A stretch of DNA of 63,090 bases, the filler included, from Octopus bimaculoides (taxonomy: Eukaryota), in the NCBI RefSeq assembly GCF_001194135.2. It is 3 parts of 3 records of this genome, joined end to end, with 100 filler letters (N's around TTAATTAATTAA, not from the genome) between each part and the next. Parts side by side here need not be neighbours in the genome. Positions count along the whole stretch, not along the records: positions 1 to 22,290 come from NC_068985.1; positions 22,391 to 33,908 come from NC_068990.1; 1 more part is not named here. One strand, 5' to 3'. Of this stretch, positions 13,016 through 25,073 are shown in pieces (position 1 is the stretch's first letter; each line of letters begins with the position of its first letter). The position numbers and the translations under genes are program-made. The notes beneath the pieces were generated by a model. The model made no database searches and was not told the origin of the DNA. It saw only the letters and a list, made by a program, of their open reading frames with translations.

Positions 13016-14764
13016 GAGAGTTCCATAATTAAATTTGTTGAACAATATTTCGGTATCTCGTGTACCCTTCAACGGGTTAAAAAAATTGATATGTCAGTCT
13101 ACTTCATTATCACTATATCAGGGAGGAACTAGGGGAGGTTAATGTTACACCGAAGAGGTCTAATTAGACTGAAACATGCCTAGAACTATCATCGTGTTTG
13201 TCAACGTTCAAATTAAACTGATATTACTTCACAGGCAAATATTTTCTTCACCTTACTGTATGAGTAATTTTATTTTCTAAGCTATTTTTACTTTATTAAA
13301 ATTTCAGCGTTGCCTTGACTAAATTTGATTAACATTAGTCATTCAGCATATGTTTCTCTCATTAAAATAGTGATATTGATTAACTAATCAATTAATAAAA
13401 AAACAAAAAAAGTATAGTCTTCTTCACTACAAGAAATATGTTAGCACTCATTTAATCTTTATATTTTTTTTATGAGAACTGTAGTAAATCGATTAAGCAA
13501 TTTCCTAGCTCGACATAAGTCAGAGTAGGTCTTCAAACACATCTATGAAATGGCTTCTAAAGCATTCAAAGATTTATTTTGTCTCTCAGATTTGTCCAAC
13601 TCTCACTTATGATTCGTCGGACGATTTATTAATACCAAGCCCGTTCTGTGCCTCTGTTCTTTACTATACCCAACTTAGCTCTTACTATGTACAAGGATAA
13701 GCAATTAATTATCCGCATATACAATTATAATTGTTTCCTAATGGCGGAAAAATTAGTTTCTCGCAAATCACTAGAAGTGATCTCTTTTTAGTTACCATAG
13801 AACAGGTCTTAACTTGAAATGTCAAATAAGTTGTTCTTCCGTTCATTATGGTCGCTCCACTTTTTGTTTGCTTCACATGTTTTGGGGAAACGATGTAGCT
13901 GGACGATGAGAAAGTCCATAAATACCTGATGTATTTATATATATATATAAGTTCAGAAAAAGGAAAAAGACTAAAAAACAACAACAAAAAACAACAATGT
14001 GAGGACGTGATACAGATTGTGTTACTAGACGCTCGGGAAAGGAAAGAGAGAATATATNNNNNNNNNNNNNNNNNNNNNNNNNNNNNNNNNNNNNNNNNNN
14101 NNNNNNNNNNNNNNNNNNNNNNNNNNNNNNNNNNNNNNNNNNNNNNNNNNNNNNNNNNNNNNNNNNNNNNNNNNNNNNNNNNNNNNNNNNNNNNNNNNNN
14201 NNNNNNNNNNNNNNNNNNNNNNNNNNNNNNNNNNNNNNNNNNNNNNNNNNNNNNNNNNNNNNNNNNNNNNNNNNNNNNNNNNNNNNNNNNNNNNNNNNNN
14301 NNNNNNNNNNNNNNNNNNNNNNNNNNNNNNNNNNNNNNNNNNNNNNNNNNNNNNNNNNNNNNNNNNNNNNNNNNNNNNNNNNNNNNNNNNNNNNNNNNNN
14401 NNNNNNNNNNNNNNNNNNNNNNNNNNNNNNNNNNNNNNNNNNNNNNNNNNNNNNNNNNNNNNNNNNNNNNNNNNNNNNNNNNNNNNNNNNNNNNNNNNNN
14501 NNNNNNNNNNNNNNNNNNNNNNNNNNNNNNNNNNNNNNNNNNNNNNNNNNNNNNNNNNNNNNNNNNNNNNNNNNNNNNNNNNNNNNNNNNNNNNNNNNNN
14601 NNNNNNNNNNNNNNNNNNNNNNNNNNNNNNNNNNNNNNNNNNNNNNNNNNNNNNNNNNNNNNNNNNNNNNNNNNNNNNNNNNNNNNNNNNNNNNNNNNNN
14701 NNNNNNNNNNNNNNNNNNNNNNNNNNNNNNNNNNNNNATATGTATGTATATACATATATAAATG

Positions 14765-15316
14765 AAAATGTATGGTAAATAAACATATAACATAATGTGT
14801 ACTGAGTGTAAAACCGGACGGGAGACAAAACACAGAAGGTCCCCAATCAGTTATCATCCAGTTGGTAACACTCAGTTTCGCACCTTGAGAGCTTCACAAT
14901 TGGCTTCGTCCGCAAACAAAAAAAAAAAATTCTTTTTGCAGAGAATCCAGGGCCGAGAGCAAACAAAACAAAACAAAGCAAACTGACACAGAGTGTGATT
15001 TAGGACGGTGGACAAGGACGAACAGTCGAGCAAAATATAGTCTTAGGCCAAAAAAACGAGAAAAGTGGGTAACGCTTAGAAAGTGTCCTAAAGGACGGAG
15101 ACATAATCTGCGAGTCAGCTCGGGTGCAATGTAAGAAAGAAGGGAAGCTAGCTGCGGGTCACGTGACAGCAGCAGACAGAAGAGAAAGACAGCAAGAAAG
15201 AGAGAGAGGGCGAGAAAGAGAGAAAGAGAGAAAGAGAGAGAGAGTCACACGGGTGTATAGAAAAACTTACTTGTTAATACAAAATGTATGGTAAATAAAT
15301 ATACGACATAACGTGT
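14765..15316 (-). mobile_element. Non-coding element bounded by 36-bp direct repeats, probably PLE-derived
   Basis: aaaatgtatggtaaataaacatataacataatgtgt (14765-14800) recurs at 15281-15316 with 4 mismatches. An internal degenerate HHR-like motif lies on the minus strand (14875-14912). Confidence 0.5.
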
Positions 15317-15424
15317 GTGTGTATATGTATATATATATATATATATATATAATACAAAGAATATATATACATGTATACACACATATATGTACTTACTTAC
15401 ATCTACATGTGTATATATATGCAT

Positions 15425-15660
15425 ATTAGGGTACAGGACGTTAGAACAATGAACTACAGACAACAGAACGAACACATAGGAAAACAGAAAGCCACTTGGG
15501 ATATTCCTTCATCAGCTGCCTCTATTCTAACCTGACGTTTCGAAGATAAGACAGAACGTACTCTAGAATAGTCTCTTCCTGAGTAGTGGATCAACCCACT
15601 ACACAGAGGATTCCAAGGTGGCAAACACAAACCAAGACAGGAAAGATTGGACAGTGAAAA
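15425..15660 (-). mobile_element. Probable PLE pseudo-LTR relic with HHR-like cores
   Basis: The minus strand carries CTCAGGA-AGAG...CTTC-GAAACGTC-AGG and a second CTGATGA-AGG; it ends against (TA)n. Confidence 0.45.
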
Positions 15661-15909
15661 CAACATATATATATATATATATACAACGAGTTCAGGACGA
15701 AGGATGAAATCTATGATTTCACAGCTATGAGATATCAGTTTCAATTCCATGGTACAACACCATGAACATAATTGTCAAGGACAGACCAAAGCCTTGTCAG
15801 TGAAATTTTGTAGATGGAAACTGTGTGGAAGCGCCGCAAATACTTATTTCTGTTTTGAAGTAGTAGACTTAATTTAATAATAACTCTTCCTCTATTGGCT
15901 GTGTTCCGC

Positions 15910-16245
15910 GAAACAACATTTAAGACATTGCAAAGACAAAAGACAATGGGCTTTTACATAGAAACGTGTAAACAGCAAAACAATAACAATTTGCAAAATT
16001 CTGAACAAAATCTCCAATAGAGGGAGAAACACCACTCAGGGGCAAACAAAGAACCCCACAGGGAAAGGCAAAAGCCGATACAGCTTGGCACCAGTGACGT
16101 GGCAACTCATTTCTACAGCTGAGTAAACTGGAGTACCGTGAAATAAAGTGTCTTGCTAAAGAACACAACATGCAGCCCGGTCCGGGATTCGAACTCACAA
16201 CCTCACGATCGTAAGCTCGACGCTCTAATCACTGAGCCATGCGCC
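15910..16245 (-). mobile_element. SINE family C, well preserved
   Basis: The minus strand reads GGCGCATGGCTCAGTGATTAGAGCG (A box)...GAGTTCGAATCCCGG (B box), then gtgttctttagcaagacactttatttcacgg. Confidence 0.85.
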
Positions 16246-16277
16246 TTCACATACATACATATATATACACACACACA

Positions 16278-16326
<49 letters not shown>

Positions 16327-17264
16327 GTATATATACATAGGCAGATATATGCATGTACATATATTTATATGTTAATACATTCATACAAACATACGTAAAC
16401 ACATACATACACACATACACACATACATACATTCATGCATACATACATACATAGACAAACAAACAAACGATCATTACTTGAAATTACTATACATCCCCCG
16501 CAGATAAATTCTTCCCTGTCTACAATTCGGTATAATTTATAACAACCAAGACAAACTATATGTTGACTTAAGACGTGTTAACGCATATGTATACAACCTA
16601 TAAACTCTCTCCTCCACCTCTGTCTGTTTCTCTCCCACTCTACCTCCCTCTCGCTCCCCTCTCTCTGTGTTTAATTTACCGTGTTTAGTTACGTTTAAAT
16701 GGTACCGCAATAACAACTTAGTTGACCTTTAAAGAAATCTACAAGGCGATATTGTAAATTACTTCTTGAATACAACACATTCCCGAATGCCTTGCGGTGT
16801 TTAGCGATGGCCTTTTTTCTTTTAGGTTCTGAGATCAAATCCGCCCAGGCCAACTTTGCTTGTCATACTTCTAAGTGGCGGAAGGGACATATAATGAAAT
16901 ATCAATCAGGTACCGAGGTCGATTAAATATTCTCATGTGAATGGAATTATAATAGAAAACAATGAATAAGAAATTACAATACATCTTTCGTTCACACGAA
17001 AGACCGAAATACACAAGTACTGGGGAAAGAAGGCGGTTATAATGTTAATTAAACGAAATTAAAACATGTCGCTATTTATTGTCACAGATCTCAGATTCTT
17101 TCGTAGTTGACGTAATTTAACAAAGGTCTGATCAAATTCGATAGACCTATAGTGAAAGGGTTCGGCCTTAAATACATCGTCTGTTGTTAGACACAGTATA
17201 TGTAGGACTGTAAAACTAATAACCGAAATTGTTGAAGCAATGTCGTGAGCATTGGATGCTCAAA

Positions 17265-17470
17265 GGCGGCGAGCTGGCAGAATCGCTATCACACGGGGCC
17301 AAATGCATAGCGGCATTTCATCTGATTTTATGTTCTGAGTTGAAATTCCGCCGTGGTCGACTTTGCTTTTCATTCTTCGGAATCGATAAAATAAGTACCA
17401 GTCGACCACTGGGGTCGATCTAATCGACCTGTCCCCCAACCCGCGAAATTGCTTGTCTTGTATCAGAACT
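17265..17470 (+). mobile_element. SINE family B
   Basis: ggcggcgagctggcagaatcg...ggtcgactttgcttttcattcttcggaatcgataaaataagtaccag. Confidence 0.8.
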
Positions 17471-17635
17471 TGGAAGCATTATATGAGTAAATCATTAAAT
17501 GCATACGTATATGTATGTGTGCGTGTGTGCATGTTCTCTTTCTCTTCTTAACCTTAGAGTAAGTTTTGACCGGCCACCGACTTGGTAGCAAGGTTGTGAA
17601 GGAAAGTATCTTGTTTTAAGCATCACCCTTTGAAT

Positions 17636-17880
17636 CAGTGTCTCTCAACCATTTTTTACCGATGGTTCCTATTTTACTCGGTTGGGCCCTCTTAACCATT
17701 TGATATTTAAAAAATCCTTTCATATTGTAATAACTGAATATTATTAGGAACTGTATTAAAAAAATTGTTAAAATATTTTGAGTGTCGTAGAAATAAAACC
17801 AATTAATTGTACATAAATTTTATCAACAACATCTTATAGGGACCCCCAAGGGCCATAAGGACCTCAGTTGAGAACCACTG
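17636..17880. mobile_element. hAT (Charlie-like) MITE, 245 bp
   Basis: TIRs CAGTGTCTCTCAAC and CAGTGGTTCTCAAC (reverse complement) match at 12/14. The 8-bp TSD is ctttgaat (17628-17635) / ctttgtat (17881-17888). An 8-bp TSD is diagnostic of hAT. Confidence 0.85.
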
Positions 17881-17954
17881 CTTTGTATCTTATATGTATG
17901 TATGTATGTCATACATACACACATACATACTACACACACACGCATATATTCTTT

Positions 17955-18407
17955 TATTCTTTTATTTATTTCAGTCATTTTACTGTGGCCATACTGGAGC
18001 ACCGCCTTTAGTCGAACAAATCGACTACAGGACTTATTCTTTGTAAGCCTAGTACTCATTCTATCGGGATCTTTTACCGAACCGCTAAGTTACGGGGACG
18101 TAAACACCAACATCGGTTGTAAAACGATAGTGTTAAGACAAACACAGACACACACACACACACANNNNNNNNNNNNNNNNNNNNNNNNNNNNNNNNNNNN
18201 NNNNNNNNNNNNNNNNNNNNNNNNNNNNNNNNNNNNNNNNNNNNNNNNNNNNNNNNNNNNNNNNNNNNNNNNNNNNNNNNNATATATATATATACTCGAC
18301 GGGCTTCTTTCAGTTTCCGTCTACCAAATTCGTAGCAGAAGACACTTGCCCAGGGGACTGAACCCTAAATCATGTGGTTGGGAAGCCATCTTCTTACCAC
18401 ACAGCCA
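17955..18407 (-). mobile_element. SINE family A (linker contains an N gap)
   Basis: Tail at 17955-18140; head at 18296-18407 with an internal deletion. Confidence 0.8.
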
Positions 18408-18413
18408 TACATA

Positions 18414-18476
<63 letters not shown>

Positions 18477-18954
18477 ACTCATAAGGTACAGTGTATATTT
18501 AAACACATAAGAGGAATCCACTCGTGGGATTCCTTACGCTAGAAAGAACAGCTAGGTTCTAGAACCACAAAATTAGGGATAAAATCCCGAAAGAAACGAA
18601 ATGAAAAATAAAAACTTTTACCATCTCTTTTCCTGGACCAATTGGTTTCTGACTTTATTTTAGCAAATAAGATAATTTGCCAGGTGAAGTCGTTTTCAAG
18701 ACTAAAATATATAAACACGAGGCAATCAATTCTATGCCTCTCGTTTATACTATTTTAATATCTATACACGTACCAAACTTTTTGGCGATTTAATTATGTT
18801 TGTATGTATATATGTCTGCATTTTCCAGAAATGTACTGGTTTTCTCAGAAAGATTTACCTATCATACTTTTGTAATTATTCATAATATATACAAAAGGGG
18901 GCAATCAAACTTCCTAAATTACAAGAACTATATTTTACCTATCTAGTACATAAA

Positions 18955-19966
18955 TCAGATTTCACACTGACCACCTGTTGCTTTCATCACGGCCTGCAAA
19001 CGAGTGGTTACTAGACTGCAACAGTGCTGCACCACTTCGTCAAATTTACTCCACGCAGTAAGAAAAGCCCCTTTCAAATCCGCCACCCTTGAGTGATAGC
19101 TGTGACACCTTGAGTGATAGCTGTGACATCACTCTCTAAAATAGACCGAACAGAGAAGGTCAATGGGTTGATGTCTGGGCATGAAGGAGGCTTAACATTT
19201 CTTGTCCCCAAAACTGCAAAATGCTCTCTGCATCGTTTTTGCGCAAATTTCGAGGCGTCGGCTGGGGTACTTGTTTCCAAATGTTTCATTTAGCCAAGGC
19301 AGCGCGTTTTATTCGAACATTTTGACGTAAACTATGCTATTCACATTAACACCCTCGATAACGAAGATCAAAGGAGATTTAGATCCATCAGATGCTACGG
19401 CAGCCCACACCATAACCCCAGCTGGTTTCTGACAACGAAAATGGGCTCAGCTCACTTCAGGCAAGCCCTAAGCATCATTAGCGTACAGCCTGACATTCTG
19501 TTTGTTCGTGACAGTCTCCACAGTGAAGAACTCGTTACTCCAAACGAAGGTTTTACTTATGGTGCTGTTCATTTCCGTTAACATTATTCTCCCTGTCGAG
19601 CCATTTTTTCTTCGAAACTATTGAAAGTATTTGTCTGGGTTGCTTTTTGTATGTCTTTGGCCTGAAATCCTCTTTACCAATCCTGTGCACCGAAGATTTT
19701 TAAATATTAAGCTCTCCAATCCATTTTCGCATGCTTCCACGAGGATTCCTGCGAACCCTCTTTCTCACAGTATCAATCGTAGGTTTAGTGCGAACAGTTC
19801 TATGACACCCTGGAATTGACTTGCTTGATGTCATGCCTGATTGATTATAACGTTTCCAGACATTAAACACCATTTAGAAACACACATTGAGCTGTTTTGC
19901 AATATCATTGTTAAAATTTCCTGCTGATTTTAATACAATTTGATCACTTTTAACTTGAGACGCCAT
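18955..19966 (-). pseudogene. Tc1/mariner-superfamily transposase fossil (maT/DD37D-like motifs)
   Basis: ATG at 19966 (MASQVKSDQIV..DIAKQLNV); motifs GVMVWAAVASDGSKSPLIF, PPSCPDINPL (19161-19190) and RLQAVMKATGGQCEI* (stop at 18955-18957); stops and frameshifts throughout. TACTGGTGTCCCAGAAA near 20105-20122 is TIR-like. The second catalytic D region is deleted, so DD spacing cannot be counted. Confidence 0.85.
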
Positions 19967-20541
19967 ATTTATTAATAAAGTTATTATAGACCAACAAAAC
20001 TAGGAACACTTAAAGCTGAAACATACACGAATCGCTGTGCGCAATCAAAAATATAATTGTTTTATCCAATAATTTGTGAGAATTTTTTAAATCATCGGTA
20101 AATCTTTCTGGGACACCAGTACATATCATTAAAGTTATCTTTCTTGCTTGACACTTTTTAGATTTTACACAACCGTGATGGGAAATTTTGTCTTTTAATT
20201 GCAAGAGTACGGTCGGTTTGATCACAGTTTCTAAACTCACTATTTTTCATTTGTGAAACATTAGCGAATGAAAAAGTAAACATGCAGATTGACAGACAGA
20301 TATAACGATAAATTGACAGATAAAAATATGCATACAAAGACACGAAGATAGCTATTTAGATAAGAAATTAGGCATAAAAACACACACGTACAAACATTCT
20401 CTCCTTCATAGACACTCGTAAAATAAATATTATCACACCACACATATTTCATTATTTTTCAGTTCATGCGTTTATTATTCAGTAATTGATTACTTATCGA
20501 TATTTTATGATATAAATATCATGTTTTCTGCATTATTATTT

Positions 20542-20584
20542 TGTTACGCGATCAGCGATATACGCGAAACTCCGAGTACTAACG
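20542..20584 (+). ncRNA. Degenerate minimal type I hammerhead ribozyme motif
   Basis: TGTTAC-GCGATCA-GCG atata CGC-GAAA-CTCCGAG-TA-CTAACG. Helix II, GAAA, helix III and the GUA site are intact and helix I pairs 5/6, but the CUGANGA core has 3 substitutions. Confidence 0.45.
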
Positions 20585-20698
20585 CAGAATGACTTCAACA
20601 CTACAATTATTCACATCTACACTATACGGCTAGGATACTTTTCAGAGATAGAAATATTTGTTATATATTTCTTCCTCTTGTTTGTAAATTCAACTAGA

Positions 20699-20739
<41 letters not shown>

Positions 20740-20791
20740 GCACACGTGTATATGCATAAAATGTGTTTGTGCGCATGTGTTTGTGCGTGCA

Positions 20792-20823
<32 letters not shown>

Positions 20824-21021
20824 TATGTGTAGATCACTCAGTCACACATTAATTCAAGAAGCAGGTAGTTCAGCATGTCGAATAACTAAACACTCATTAT
20901 CGAAACCGACGGAATTCCATTGTATATACATGCATGCATATATGTATGCATGCATGTATATATGTATATATACATACATATNNNNNNNNNNTATATATAT
21001 ATATATGTACACATATATATG

Positions 21022-21054
<33 letters not shown>

Positions 21055-21956
21055 AAATGTATATATGACATTAATACATTCACACACACGCACACAAACA
21101 TACACACACTGACACACACACATACTCACATATCTTGATTATATATGGGAGGGATGTATGTTAAGTTTAAAGCAAGTTTAAGAATAACGACGCTTCATTT
21201 ATAGATGGGCTAACTCTACGGAGTGTAGAAACAAATTTATCGAGAAAGTCAAGTTGACTGGGACTTCACAATACGTATGTATGTACATATAATACATATG
21301 TGTAAATATATATGTGCGTGTATACACAAATTTACACTCACGCGTGCGCAAAGGAGTTCCAGTATGGTGGGATAGAAAGAAAGTGGAAGAGAGGATATTT
21401 GTGAGCACGTTACTGAAAATACGAGACAGGTGTGAAAATGAGAAATATATTCAGAAATCTAAAAAAGATTTCGAAGTTCACACTTGTTTGACAGTTGGGA
21501 TTGCATATAAGGTGAAGGTCTACGCAATCTTTCATTATTTCGTGAACGTTATGACAAGAAGATTATACGGCTTGCTGTCAAGTAGCCAGGAGAAGTCTCT
21601 TGTCGAACAGTAGTAATCAGGTTTTCTTCTTTTTGGCGGTCAATATTTCCTTCCCTACCCGTTTCGAAATTCAATCATATTTAGGTTCCTCTCTCACAAT
21701 GTAAATTTTGTTGGCGTGTTCGGTTTAGTGAGGGAGAAGGAAAAGAGGAAGGAAAAAGACCTATATATTAACAGCGAGATAAATCCTTTTCGTTGAGACT
21801 TGTTTTACTGAATTCATTTCAAAAGTGACTCAATCGTTCATTCACTTTTGTTCATTTCTTCATTATTGTGTCTGTATCTACTCCGGTTAAGTCAACAGCG
21901 ATCCACCTAACGCAGTCCTTCGAACGCTTACAGCTTGTATAATAATAATTCAAAAT

Positions 21957-22142
21957 AAGGCGGCGAGCAGGCTGAAATGCTTAGCAGTATTTCGTCTGTC
22001 TTTACGTTCTGAGTTCAAATTCCGCCGAGGTCGATTTTGTCTTTCATCCTTTCGGGGTCGATAAATTAAGTACCAGTTGCGTACTGGGTCGATCTAATCG
22101 ACTGGCCCCCTCCGCCAAAATTTCGGGCCTAGAGTAGAAAAG
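21957..22142 (+). mobile_element. SINE family B with perfect 16-bp TSD
   Basis: AATAATAATTCAAAAT occurs at 21941-21956 and 22143-22158, flanking a family B copy. Confidence 0.9.
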
Positions 22143-22334
22143 AATAATAATTCAAAATGTATCATTGATTTTTCGCTTCTAGCCTCAGTGGTATTAGTCC
22201 GTTTACATTCACTTAACTTGGTAGGGCAAAACAACCTATAGAATATTACTTAAAATAAAGACGAAAAAATAAATAAATGCTGGACTAAATNNNNNNNNNN
22301 NNNNNNNNNNNNNNNNNNNNNNNNNNNNNNNNNN

Positions 22335-22346
22335 TTAATTAATTAA
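22335..22346. other. Assembly spacer TTAATTAATTAA inside an N gap
   Basis: Palindromic 12-mer with stops in all six frames, embedded in Ns; an identical one lies at 33953-33964. Confidence 0.9.
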
Positions 22347-22596
22347 NNNNNNNNNNNNNNNNNNNNNNNNNNNNNNNNNNNNNNNNNNNNACAGCTATAT
22401 ACGAGTGTAAGGGTGGTGAATTCGTGGAATTGCTAAGGCATCAGGACTTCTTGCCATTGTGGCTGCAGTTCGCTGCATTATGAGTTCAAATCGCTCTGGT
22501 GCTCAAATTTGCTTCTCATCAATAATAATAACGAGAATGAGAATGATGATAATAATAATGATAATGATAATAATAATAATGATGATGATGATGATG

Positions 22597-22641
<45 letters not shown>

Positions 22642-22644
22642 TTT

Positions 22645-23270
22645 GCTTCAAATGCTGGCAGAAGGCCAGTGATTAGAGGTGGGTGTTTAGAAGATTTTAT
22701 TGACCTCAGTACTCATCCAGTACCTATGTTACTGACCCTGAAAGGATGAATGACAAGGTGGCCCTTGGCTGAATTTGACCTCAAAATGGAAAAAAACATC
22801 AAAAGAAATTTTGCTGAGTGTTTTGTCTGATATGCTAACAATTGCTGCCTGAGTGATAATCCTTTTCACTAAAGGCACGAGGCTTGAGATTTTGCAGGAG
22901 GGGGCTAATTAATTATATTGACCCCAATGCTCAACTGGAATTAAATTTTTTGACCCCCAAAAAGGTGAAAAGCAATATCGACCTCGGTGGAATTTGAACT
23001 CAGAACGTAAGGATGGATAAAATACTGTTGAGCATCTTTGCTAGTGTGTTAACGATTCTTTTCTACTCTAGGCACAAGGCCCGAAAATTTTGGGAGAGGG
23101 TCCCAGTTGATAAGATGACCCCAGTACGCAACTGGTACTTAATTTATCAACCCCAAAAGGATAAAAAGCAAAGTTGACCTCGGTTGAATTTGAACTCAGA
23201 ACATAAAGATGCATGGAATACCGCTAAGCATCTTTCCCGGTGTGCTAACGATTCTGCCAGCTCACTGCTT
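22645..23270 (-). mobile_element. Three tandem SINE family B copies
   Basis: The core (gaccccgaaaggatgaa..gtcgacctcgg..tttgaactcagaac) repeats at ~22730-22790, 22950-23010 and 23150-23205. Confidence 0.8.
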
Positions 23271-25016
23271 CTGCTGCTTAAATTATAACAATGGTAATCT
23301 AGAAAGATAGCATAAGAAGTGTTCTGTAAGTGTATACGACGATGAAGAACTCTTGAGACATGTTAGGAAAAAAAGAAACAAAAAAACAAAACAAAACAAA
23401 ACAATTCTAGAAAAATAAAAAATCAGAGAAGAAATATATATTATAATGGAAACTAGAGTGCAATTAGATATGAAGACTTTGGATACAAGATACAGAGAAC
23501 TCAGGAATATGGAGAAGAAGAAGAAGTACTTATCTACTTTGAAGCACAAATAACATTGCAAGATGATACCAAATATAGACCTTAATGGAAAAAGTATTAG
23601 TTCTACGAAGACATTGCATTTTTACCAAAGTACAGAGAATGAAGTTCCTATAAAACCACCTCATTTTATGAAATATTTTAACTGGTTTTTGTTTTTGTTT
23701 TGTTTGTTTTTTTTAGGTATTTTATTGTTTTACCTGAAGCAGAACCAGGTAGGCATAACTGTCATCTCTGCTCAGAACCTACTTTTTCTCTCCTCTCTTT
23801 TGCTATAAATTGCCAAGTTTTCTCTTCACACACACACACACACACACACACACGAGTGCCATTCAATGGTGGTATGGGAAAAGGCTGAACACATTTAGTC
23901 ATATATTAGGTGTTTGGCTCAATGGTTCGATGCTTGGTTTACTTTTCCTGTGGTCCTTGGTTCAACTCCTCCTTGTGGTCATTTTTTTTATGGCCTTGCT
24001 TCAACCCATAATTTGTGAATGAAATTGGGTAGAGGGAAACTGGACAGAAGCCTATTGGATGGTCCATTCCTGTAATTTAAAGGTTCAGCCTTGTCACATA
24101 CACACAAAACAGACACATTCCTGTGCCACACTGAATCTGCTGAGGATTACATAAAAGGCTACATGCGACTGAGGTATACTCAGCCATTTAAATATTAATT
24201 CAAGGGCAGATAATTCAGTTCAGATCAAACAACTGAGTCTTCCTCATCAAACAATGCTAATCCACCGCCACCGCTGCTGCAGCCGCTGTCAGCACTAGCA
24301 CCAGCACCACCACCAGCAGCAGCAGCACCACCACCACCACTGACATTTGCCCAATGTAGCACAGAGTGGGATTGAACCCGGAACCATTTGGTTCGGAAGC
24401 AAACTTCTTACCACAAGACCATGACTGAAGAAAAAAATTCATGTATCATCAATCTGGTTAATCACACAACCATGGAAACAATTTAGAAAATAAAATTTTT
24501 TTAAAATTCCATTATTTATTCTATTTATTACATTTGCGTGAGTTAACAAACATTTTATACATTGATTGACGGAAGTGATGAATAAATGCTCTGAGAAAAA
24601 CACCCACACAAACAACACAAAAATAAAACACTACACATCTTGATCTTGCCACAGCATAGTTTTGTAGTTTATAACAGATAAACAGAAACTTCAAAACTAA
24701 ATTGAATAAAAAATCAATGAGAGAGAAAGAAGCAAAGCATGAACGGCTGAAACAAAAGAAATTAGACGACAAGTTTAAGTGGCGGAGACACAGAGCGAGG
24801 TTGTAAAACTGTGACTATGTTTGACATCACTTATGGAGAAGAAGAAGAAGAAGATAGAAGGAAAAAAAAAAACAATCAGACGTGCGATGCTATCTTGCAA
24901 TATTTCAACAGCACAAAGGAAACACGATAAAAACTCCGGCAGACGAGAGAGAACCAGTCAGGACATTAATAGTGGACGGTTATGAAAAATTTCTTTCTTT
25001 CTTTTTGTCTTTCTAG

Positions 25017-25073
25017 CCAGAAAGAATTAATCGGAACGAATTGGAAAATATTTCTTGGTTTTCAATAAAACAA
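25017..25073 (+). other. Candidate 57-nt in-frame exon (PERINRNELENISWFSIKQ)
   Basis: Very strong acceptor tttctttctttctttttgtctttctAG ends at 25016; donor CAA|GTAATA starts at 25074; only frame 0 is open. Confidence 0.25.

Noticed and set aside
13590-13688. 99-nt in-frame exon
   Set aside because: Good acceptor but a weak donor (GTACAA); no similarity recognised.
16170-16245. tRNA gene
   Set aside because: A and B boxes are present, but the anticodon and acceptor stems do not pair and the sequence runs into SINE body; it is a tRNA-derived SINE head.
21314-21613. 99-aa ORF as a host gene
   Set aside because: It starts within an SSR, has no recognisable motif and no convincing splice or promoter context.
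22335-22346. Palindromic TTAATTAATTAA as a biological site
   Set aside because: Embedded in Ns and repeated identically at 33953; an assembly spacer.
23290-23690. L1/Tx1 inter-domain coding relic
   Set aside because: K/E-rich translation with a vague MEKKK..I...FY pattern and no diagnostic motif.
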